Virus record (IMG/VR): IMGVR_UViG_3300017917_004426
Span: 566-64,565 of that record
DNA from: a virus
Taxonomy: Duplodnaviria; Caudoviricetes
DNA: 64,000 nt
Direction: 5' to 3' (one strand)
Shown: piece by piece, positions 1 through 7,900 of the stretch
How the letters are laid out: every line of letters begins with the position of its first letter
How positions within the stretch are numbered: the stretch's first letter is position 1
Notes under the pieces: model-generated
Databases searched by the model: none
What the model saw: only the letters and a program-made list of their open reading frames with translations
What the model was told of the DNA's origin: nothing
Translations under genes and position numbers: made by a program

Positions 1-2
1 TT

Positions 3-392
3 GTTTCTTCAGCTGCTCTGACAGTGTTGCAAAGTGCAACAACTTCAGCCTTTGCTCGTACCACAGAAGGTACCTTCGAAACACCTACAAACACCAAGTT
101 TGTTGGTACATTGAACGGTTCTATGCGTGTGTTTGTTGACAGTTATGCTGCTGACACCACACCAGTTTTGGTTGGCTACAAAGGCTCTTCAGAAGCTGAC
201 GCTCCTGCATTCTACTGCCCATACATTCCTTTGATGAGCAGTGGTGTTGTGTTGGATCCAACAACCTTTGAACCAGTGGTGTCATTCATGACACGTTATG
301 GTTACATTGAGTTGACCAACACTGCAAGTTCGTTCGGTAACGCCGGCGACTATGTGGGTGAGATCGCTGTATCTAACTTGTCATTCTCCTAA
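3..392 (+). CDS. gp23: Major capsid protein, C-terminal part (5' end outside the window)
   Basis: GYKG...AFYCPYIPL...DPTTFEP..SFMTRYG motifs typical of the T4 gp23 family C-terminus; frame open from the window start. Confidence 0.93.
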   Translation, partial: VSSAALTVLQSATTSAFARTTEGTFETPTNTKFVGTLNGSMRVFVDSYAADTTPVLVGYKGSSEADAPAFYCPYIPLMSSGVVLDPTTFEPVVSFMTRYGYIELTNTASSFGNAGDYVGEIAVSNLSFS

Positions 393-423
393 TCAGAGAA
401 CCTGCCCAGGGATGGGAAGGCAA

Positions 424-447
424 AGAACCTGCTTCGGCAGGTTTTTT
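424..447 (+). terminator. Intrinsic terminator after the capsid gene
   Basis: AACCTGC-TTCG-GCAGGTT stem with UUCG tetraloop followed by a T-run. Confidence 0.9.
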
Positions 448-465
448 GTTGGCTAAGTATTTTCC

Positions 466-1485
466 ATGTTGCCTGTATTTTTAACTGAAAAAACTGACGC
501 TCGCAATTCTAGGCATTATCTCTGGCCGCTGATTCCTGCTGACTCATTGGTCATAACTGAACATGTTGCAGCCGCTAAAGAAAAACTCATGAACTGGAAA
601 CAGTTTTGCCCGGACTACAATGGCCAAACCATATACTATGACCTAACTCACAACCCAGAAGTGTTGGATTCGCCACACATCATCTCATTGATAGATGAGA
701 TGAAAACACATGGTACGGTAAAAATTCTAGCCAACCAATATGTAAAATATTATACCCCTGATCCTGATTATATTTTTTATCCGGCGTTTTTTCATGCCTT
801 ATCACATGGAACTTATTTGGAAGGCCGGGCATTACAATTTCCAACTTTTGAGAAAAAAACCAAAGGATTCATGAGTTTGAATCATCGAGCAATTTGGCAT
901 AGAATATGGCTGTTTGTAGAATTGGCCAAACACAATCTGCTTGACAAAATTGACTATACATTTTTCTGGGACCCACGCAACGATCCACACAATCAACTGG
1001 ATCAATTGCCCGATTACAAGCGTGAAGAATTCCGTCAATTTGAACATCTGTTGCCCATGAGATTTGAGTCAGAAAAACTGGACAACTACAAAGCAGATGT
1101 AAGCCTAGGACCTAAATGTCACAACGAATGTGCTGTAAACATTGTTACTGAGAGTTGTCCAAATTTGGGATTCTTAACTGAAAAAATTTGCAAACCATTG
1201 GCCAGTTATCAAATTCCAATCTTGCTCAGTCATCCAGGTGCCACGCAATTTTGTGTAGATGCAGGATTTGACATGTTTGAAGATATCATACCTTGGCGCA
1301 CCTGGGATTCAATTCAAGACGATCACACTCGTTACGAACTTACCTGTAAATTTATTACAGAGTACGTTACCCATGGAGATGCACTAGCAGACTGGAACCG
1401 CTGTCAAGACAGAGTGATTGCCAATCGAGCACGATTAACAAGCACTGAGTTTAAAAAGTTTTGTATTCAGCAGTTTAAACTTTAA
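466..1485 (+). CDS. Hypothetical glycosyltransferase-like protein (paralog of 25977 and 44216)
   Basis: 339-aa ORF; FMSLNHR...HR and NIVTES...LTEKICKPL...GFDMF motifs resemble the ITEK region of GT10-like folds; TAAGTA box 6 nt before the ATG. Confidence 0.55.
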   Translation: MLPVFLTEKTDARNSRHYLWPLIPADSLVITEHVAAAKEKLMNWKQFCPDYNGQTIYYDLTHNPEVLDSPHIISLIDEMKTHGTVKILANQYVKYYTPDPDYIFYPAFFHALSHGTYLEGRALQFPTFEKKTKGFMSLNHRAIWHRIWLFVELAKHNLLDKIDYTFFWDPRNDPHNQLDQLPDYKREEFRQFEHLLPMRFESEKLDNYKADVSLGPKCHNECAVNIVTESCPNLGFLTEKICKPLASYQIPILLSHPGATQFCVDAGFDMFEDIIPWRTWDSIQDDHTRYELTCKFITEYVTHGDALADWNRCQDRVIANRARLTSTEFKKFCIQQFKL

Positions 1486-2060
1486 CTGTATTCGTACGGT
1501 GTATCATCTTCGTCGTAGTTCACATCAATGTGAGCACCTTTTACATTGTCATAAGCCTTGTAGTAAGTTTCATTAGCAGCCAGTATACGGAATGATCCAG
1601 GATACTTTAATGCCGCAAATGTTGCTTCTTCCTTCTTGAGCAAATCACAAATCACAAAAGTTGATGTACAAGCACCTTCTACATTCTTGAATGCGCTGTG
1701 CTTGAACTCGTTCCGGCCAAGTGCTTGATGCATAGGGCTACCCCACTTGAAAATAATTCTAGTAATGCCCAGCTTTTGATTGCGCAGTCTAAACTTGTCG
1801 TAGATTGTGAGCTCAGAGAGAGTTGCACAGTTGTTATCATCGATAACAAGCAAAGCTTCTTTGAATTTTAAACTACCTTTGGTATGGGAATTGTCGGGAG
1901 TTTCCTTGGTGCTCCAAGGCATGTTGGCGTCAACATGATCGACGTAGAAAGTTTCACCATGTGTTTTTAAGACCCACATTGGTATGGTCTCGTCCTCTAA
2001 GTGCTTTTTGTTGAAATGGAAGACTACATCTCTACAAGCATATTCGATCTACATTGACAT
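1482..2060 (-). CDS. Hypothetical protein with an in-frame amber codon at codon 4 (192 aa if suppressed)
   Basis: AAGGA-N7-ATG TCA ATG TAG ATC GAA TAT GCT TGT...; reads MSM*IEYACRDVVFHFNKKHLEDETIP in frame into the 165-aa ORF 1482-1979; TAG at 2049-2051. Confidence 0.7.
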
Positions 2061-2080
2061 TTTTGTTTCCTTTAAAAAAG

Positions 2081-2086
2081 TATTTA
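2081..2086 (-). promoter_or_regulatory. Late promoter box TAAATA next to the tRNA CCA end
   Basis: Reverse strand reads CACCA-TAAATA-CTTTTTTAAAGGA, upstream of the amber-containing gene. Confidence 0.6.
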
Positions 2087-2162
2087 TGGTGCGCTAGGTG
2101 GGACTCGAACCCACACATGGGAGTTTTAGAGGCTCCTGCTCTAACCTTTTAGCTACTAGCGC
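2087..2162 (-). tRNA. Amber suppressor tRNA (anticodon CUA)
   Basis: 76 nt: GCGCTAG/CTAGCGC acceptor stem, A73, encoded CCA; D arm GCT..GG..AGC; anticodon arm GGAG(C) CT-CTA-AA (A)CTCC with U33; 5-nt variable loop; T arm GTGGG-TTCGAGT-CCCAC; A15:U48 pair. Confidence 0.9.
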
Positions 2163-2170
2163 ATGTGATT

Positions 2171-2179
2171 ATTATAACA
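2171..2179 (-). promoter_or_regulatory. Extended -10 (TGn-TATAAT) promoter for the tRNA
   Basis: Reverse strand TGT-TATAAT ends 8 nt before the tRNA 5' end. Confidence 0.55.
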
Positions 2180-2180
2180 G

Positions 2181-3329
2181 TTAAACTTTGAACCACGAGA
2201 GATATTGGGCAACTTTTTTAGTTACACTTGCCCAATCATCCTGTGCTGGTTGTCTAAACAGTCGCGCAGTTGAATACCAAGGCGAATCATCACGATTCAA
2301 CAAGTAACGCCAATCTGTACCAAACCAGTTGAGCATGATCCAAGTAGGTCGACCCAGCGCCCCGCTCAAATGACTCACAGCAGTGTCCACACCAATTACC
2401 ACATCCATGGCCATGATCAAGGCCGCAGTGTCAGCAAAACTTTGTATGGTGCCAGGAAATCTACTTACACCAGCAGCAGCCAATTCCGCTTCTTCCGCCT
2501 CGCTGGCATCAATCTGCAAGTTCACCCACTCGTATTGGGGATTGCTCTTTATCATGTCTAGCATGACAGGAAATGGCATACCTTTGTGTTCGTTTAACCA
2601 GTTGTCTTTTCTACCACTCCAGCAAAACCCCACTCGCATGCGTGTTTTTGGACCCAGACGTTGCAACCATTCTTGTTGCTTGCCCATGTCTGCATTGAGA
2701 TAGTTTACTGGTCTGGCCAAATTTTCTAGTGTGACACCTAAAACTCCCGGGATACTCATGATAGGAGTCCAGTAATCAAAGTTTCCCACATCATCCACGT
2801 ATCTACCAATTTTTTCTATAATTGGACTGCCAGCAAACAGTGGAATAAGCGAGTCTGTTACTTTGAGTTTTATCTTTGCACCCATCACATGCAGATTGTA
2901 GAGAAACCGCACAAACTGAATATTGTCTCCGTGCCCTTGCTCACCCTCTACCAAGATGGTTTTGTCTTTGAGATCTTGTCCGGTCCAGCGCGGTTGTGGG
3001 TGTTTGGGCAGTTGTCCTGCCAGGTGTTCGTAGTTCCAACGAGTTTCGTATTGACGCCATCCTGCTTGATAGTTGCCCAACTGTAGTAGCGCCACAGCGA
3101 GATTAAATTGTGCTGTGGCCGAACTGGGTTCTAGTATGATAGCGTGTTGTAAAAATGGCAGTGCTCTAGCAGGTTGCCCGCACTCTCTCAACACATTGCC
3201 ATAATTGTTCCAGGCCGCTGCGGATTCTGGATCGTCAACAAATGCTTGAGCATAGCATTTAAGGGCTTCCAGTGGGCGATGTTTGGCTCTAAGGTCGTTG
3301 CCTTGAGCGATGAGAGTGTTGGTGTCCAT
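2181..3329 (-). CDS. TPR-repeat protein with a C-terminal GT-B (GT9-like) glycosyltransferase domain
   Basis: TPR helices (AAWNNYGNVL, AQFNLAVALLQLG), then GEQGHGDNIQFVRF and VDTAVSHLSGALGRPTW; start set at ATG 3329, 5 nt after TAAATA. Confidence 0.8.
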   Translation of the reverse strand: MDTNTLIAQGNDLRAKHRPLEALKCYAQAFVDDPESAAAWNNYGNVLRECGQPARALPFLQHAIILEPSSATAQFNLAVALLQLGNYQAGWRQYETRWNYEHLAGQLPKHPQPRWTGQDLKDKTILVEGEQGHGDNIQFVRFLYNLHVMGAKIKLKVTDSLIPLFAGSPIIEKIGRYVDDVGNFDYWTPIMSIPGVLGVTLENLARPVNYLNADMGKQQEWLQRLGPKTRMRVGFCWSGRKDNWLNEHKGMPFPVMLDMIKSNPQYEWVNLQIDASEAEEAELAAAGVSRFPGTIQSFADTAALIMAMDVVIGVDTAVSHLSGALGRPTWIMLNWFGTDWRYLLNRDDSPWYSTARLFRQPAQDDWASVTKKVAQYLSWFKV

Positions 3330-3371
3330 GGTGATATTTAACATACATACTCTTTCATTTTACATTTTCGC

Positions 3372-3462
3372 TAAATACTTGTCAACGCAATAAGGCGTTT
3401 TATGCAGCTCACCACTGCGTAGCGGCTAGAACCCGCATTGGGCTTCTATAAGGAGAAATCAA
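3372..3462 (+). promoter_or_regulatory. Late promoter plus structured 5' leader
   Basis: TAAATA at 3372-3377, three consecutive hairpins, then the SD TAAGGAG at 3449-3455. Confidence 0.6.
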
Positions 3463-4287
3463 ATGGGAAGAGCTCTAAAAATTCAAAAAACAGGTTCCAA
3501 CGGTATCACAATCAATGCCAACGGAACAGTAAATCAACCTGCTGCATCAGTGCCAGTAGATGAAGGTTTTCCAAACTTTGGATCATTGACTGATCCAGTG
3601 TATAATGCACCAGTTCAAACATTGAACGCGGATCAATTCCTTGGTGTAGTTGGCGGAGCACCTGTGCTCAGCTCACCTACAGCAACATATCCTGAAATTT
3701 CACCTCAGGTGAATATTGCATTACCAAGTGGCTCAGGTCAAGGTGCTACAACTGGTCGCATTATTCGCCAGAAAGGTGCTCACAAATTCTTAGTATCTAG
3801 CGACACCACAGTTAACGACGAAGAAATGGTAGTTGGTGCAAGTTACATGATTATCAGTTTAGACACTACAAACTGGCAACAAATGGGTGCTCCTGCTGGC
3901 GCAACAGCCGGTACAATCTTTACTTGCACAGCACTTTGCGCAGATCCACAAAACGGCACAGGCGTGTTAGTTGGTCAATGTGTTTTGGCCAATACAGGTA
4001 CACCAGCAGCCGGCCAAATGAGCATCAGTTATTCAGTGGGCGACAGTTCTGCTGTGTATGCTTCATATATCACCAACAAGTGGGTGCGTGACTGGAATGG
4101 TATGACTTACCAGAACTATAGCAACAGTAACTTTGGACCAAACGTTCAAAGCGGCGAAAACTTCTATGTTACCAACTTCTTCACAGACGAAGGCACAGTT
4201 ACATGGTCTGGCGCAGAACTCATCAACAGCACAAATGCTCAAAATGGTTCTCTGCAACTGGCTCAAATTACTAATATTACATCGTAA
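3463..4287 (+). CDS. Hypothetical virion structural protein
   Basis: 274 aa, strong SD, late promoter, beta-rich composition, precedes the fibre cluster. Confidence 0.6.
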   Translation: MGRALKIQKTGSNGITINANGTVNQPAASVPVDEGFPNFGSLTDPVYNAPVQTLNADQFLGVVGGAPVLSSPTATYPEISPQVNIALPSGSGQGATTGRIIRQKGAHKFLVSSDTTVNDEEMVVGASYMIISLDTTNWQQMGAPAGATAGTIFTCTALCADPQNGTGVLVGQCVLANTGTPAAGQMSISYSVGDSSAVYASYITNKWVRDWNGMTYQNYSNSNFGPNVQSGENFYVTNFFTDEGTVTWSGAELINSTNAQNGSLQLAQITNITS

Positions 4288-4303
4288 TAGATTTGTTCTC
4301 GCC

Positions 4304-4335
4304 ATCCTCCTTGCTAACTACAAGGAGGATTTTTT
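4304..4335 (+). terminator. Terminator-like hairpin that also covers the SD of the next gene
   Basis: Perfect 10-bp stem ATCCTCCTTG/CAAGGAGGAT, loop CTAACTA, then TTTTT and ATG. Confidence 0.75.
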
Positions 4336-4908
4336 ATGACCACAGCATTTGTATTGGGTAACGGGATCAGTCGCAAAGGTGTCAATCTGGAACATCTACG
4401 GTCTCACGGCACAATCTATGGTTGTAATGCTCTTTATAGAGATTTTTCACCAGATGTTTTGATAGCCACAGATCGTCCAATAAGCGAACAAATACAGCAC
4501 TCAGGCTATGCGCTCAAACATAAATTTTACACTAGAAGACCTCTTAAGGATCTAGGCGCACATCATGTGCCCGAACAATATTGGGGCTACAGTTCTGGAC
4601 CATTGGCTGCTGCTATAGCAGCTGGAGATCAACATCTAACAATCTATCTTTTGGGATTTGACATGGCTGGCATAAACGACAAATTCAACAATGTGTATGC
4701 TGACTCAGAATTCTACAAACGTAGTGGAGCAAATGCAACTTATACAGGTAATTGGGAGCGGCAATTGATCAAAGTAATGCAAGATTACCCTCACACAAAC
4801 TTCATTAGAGTGCATGGAGCAGTCACAGCAGATGTGCCAGAATTCAATCGACACCCCCGATACTCGCGTGTAAACATCACAGAATTTCAAAATTTATTTG
4901 GAGTTTGA
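4336..4908 (+). CDS. Hypothetical protein with an MptE/Maf-like glycosyltransferase-related Rossmann motif
   Basis: AFVLGNGISR...IYGCNALYRDF.PDVL...SSG...IYLLGFD motif set. Confidence 0.55.
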   Translation: MTTAFVLGNGISRKGVNLEHLRSHGTIYGCNALYRDFSPDVLIATDRPISEQIQHSGYALKHKFYTRRPLKDLGAHHVPEQYWGYSSGPLAAAIAAGDQHLTIYLLGFDMAGINDKFNNVYADSEFYKRSGANATYTGNWERQLIKVMQDYPHTNFIRVHGAVTADVPEFNRHPRYSRVNITEFQNLFGV

Positions 4909-4964
4909 CCCAAACTCAGCAAGGTCCGGGTTCTGGTAAATATAACATAGGACCCAGATTCAGC

Positions 4965-7900
4965 ATGAGTGAACCACAACAAATAATCAATGTAGGCGAA
5001 GTTGCCAATGACGGCACAGGCGAATCTCTGCGCGATGCGTTTAACGCAGTAAACAACAATTTTGCCAATGTCTGGGCTGCCGGTCCGGTAAATTCGCAAG
5101 TTGTTATCTCCAACAACCGTATAAGCACCAACGAAACCAATCTTGATCTTGTATTGGCGGGCAATGGTATAGGCACTGTCACAGTGGCCAGTACCACCGT
5201 TCCTAGCATTGATGCTGTATATGACTTAGGCCAAGCAAATAGACGATTTGACGAAGTTCATGCTGTTTACTATTATGGCAATGGTGCTTACTTAACCGGC
5301 ATCAATGCCAATGGTGGCAGCGGCGGAAATGTGTATTTCAGCCAAGGTGCACCTGATGACGCCAGTATTGGCGATATTTGGATTGAATCTGATACTGGGG
5401 TTCAGTATCTTTACTTCAACGACAACACTTCTAACCAATGGGCCGAGATGGAGGCCTATCAGAGTTTTAGTTCAACCAGTGCAAATGCTGATACTGGCAA
5501 TTGGGCGTTTACCAACAATGTTATCTACAACATCAATGGTGGCAGCATTGACAACAGTGACCTAACTCACGGTCCCACAGCATTGCTATCCATACCCACA
5601 AATGGAAATGCTATTACTCCTGTAACAGTGCTAAACTATTACGGCAATATTACATTGGTTGCGGCTGCCAGCCCAGGCAATACAAAATCATGGACTTTTG
5701 ATTCATCTGGTAATTTGACCTTGCCAGGCAACACATTTAGTGTTAACTATGCCAATGGCACTCAGGTAAACATTGGTGGTGGATCTTACGGCAATGCCAA
5801 TGTGGCAGACTTCTTGGCTGATTTTGGTGCCAACAACATCAGTACAACAGGCAGTGTTACTGCCAACACATTCCAAACAAATGGAAATCTAGTCATTGGC
5901 GATATAGGATTTACTCCTGGGTCTGCTATTATCAACAACGGAAATTCATTCTTGGTGTTTGCTCAAGGTGTTAATGCAGCAGCATCTATGGGCTGGGCTG
6001 AAAATATTTTTGCTCCTGGCAATTTAGCCTATATTGATTTTAATACCAATCAAACTGGAAATATATCCATAATCACTGGTAACAATGTTGGCAATACATA
6101 CCAATGGACTTTTGACAAAGATGGTACATTGTATTTTCCAGTAAGTGATACCAATATTCAACAACAACGATATGGTATGGGTAATTTGGCCGCTTATCTT
6201 GACGGTGGTTGGACAATTGGTGAATACAACGGCACCAACTCCGGCACAGAGGGTATTCGTATCAATCCTGGCATTGAAGGTCCAGCAGATATAATTTTGC
6301 CAGCTGATGCAGCCAATGTTCCAGTCAGTGTCAACAACTATATTGGTGGAGTTATTGTAAATGCAGGTAACGGTACTGTTCAACTCAGTGCCGGTGCTAA
6401 CAGCTGGCTACTCAATTCGGATGCTAGTGTTCAGTTCCCACAAATATACACAGCCCGTGGTGACACCACCAGTGGCAACATCTATGGCTATACCTTGGTC
6501 ATGGGCGATGGCGAAAACGAAGCCATCATAACCACACCCAATGGCATAGGGGGCGATAGCGTACGTCTAGTGATCAATCCTGGCAAAGGTGCAGACGGAA
6601 CTTCGGGTGAAGGCGGCGACATATATTTGTGGGCCGGTCGCGGTGGCTCGGGCGATGTTGCCAATTTGATTGGAGGCGGATCTGGCGGTGACATCAAGAT
6701 CCGCGGCGGTCAAGGCATGGCCGGTGGCGAAGGTGGCTACATTCGTATCGAAGCCGGTGACGGTGATAATCAAAATTCACCCGGCGGTTATCCCGGTTTT
6801 ATTGAAATCACTGGTGGCCAGGGCGGCAACGCAGCACCTGGCGGCTATGTTCGTATTCTGGCAGGCACTGGCGATATCATTGGTGGCGACGCTAACATAT
6901 CAGCCGGAACAGGTCTTAACGGCCCTGGTGGTAACGTCAACATCAGCAGTGGGGGAGGTGCTACAGCAGGTAATGTCAACGTTACTTCGGCAGGTAACAC
7001 CTGGACTTTTGACAACAGCGGTAACTTAACATTGCCAGGTGGCGGTATTGTGTATGGTAATCCATACACACCCAGTGGTGCTCCTGGCAATACAATCACA
7101 TTACAACCAGCAGGATCAGGTACTGTTACTGATCAAAGATTATTGATATATCCAACAGCGGCTGACGGCGATCATATACATTTAACAAGCGGTAACTTAT
7201 ATCAAACTGAATTGTTCTTAGGTAGTGATAACCTATATGTCAAGTTGGCCAACACAGGTAATGTTGTGGTCAATGCCAATGATAATAATGGAAATTCTTT
7301 TCAATATGTATTTGGTGCAGATTCTACTATAACATTCCCAGACTCAGGATTGAGCATTGATTCAGGATATTATTCTGGTAACGCAGGTTTTGTAGCAGGC
7401 TCTGGTGTTGCCGCAGTAATGACAGAACTTTACAGCAGTGGAAATACTGCCGCGCAGATACTGCTGAATCGCCCACAAATTGATCATACCATCCAGTTAT
7501 CTTTGTATCCAGATTCTGCAGATCCTGCAACAACCTGGACCTTTGATGACACCGGTAACCTAACTGCACCTGGCAACATTATGGCCAACACATTTGTTTC
7601 TAATGCATTTAATGTTGTCACGGCTGGAAACTTGAGCATTACTTCGCAGTATGGTCTTGGCTTCACTGGCACAATACTAGAAGACAACGGCACACTTGAA
7701 CTTCTTGCAAACGGCACCGGCGGTTGTGTTATTGTTGGTTGGGACAGCAGTTATGGCAACGGGTTAGGCAATATTGCTGCTATAAGTTTTAATCAAGTTG
7801 CCGGCGGCGAAGGTAATGTGGTTGTTCGCACAGGTAATATTGCTGCCACCGAATACAACTGGAACTTTGATAGCACTGGTAACTTGACCTTGCCTGGCAA

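Noticed and set aside
2120-2136. Reading the tRNA anticodon as UCU (Arg)
   Set aside because: The GGAG/CTCC stem centres the loop on CTA with U33. A TCT register breaks the stem, and position 20 is U rather than the usual Arg determinant A20.
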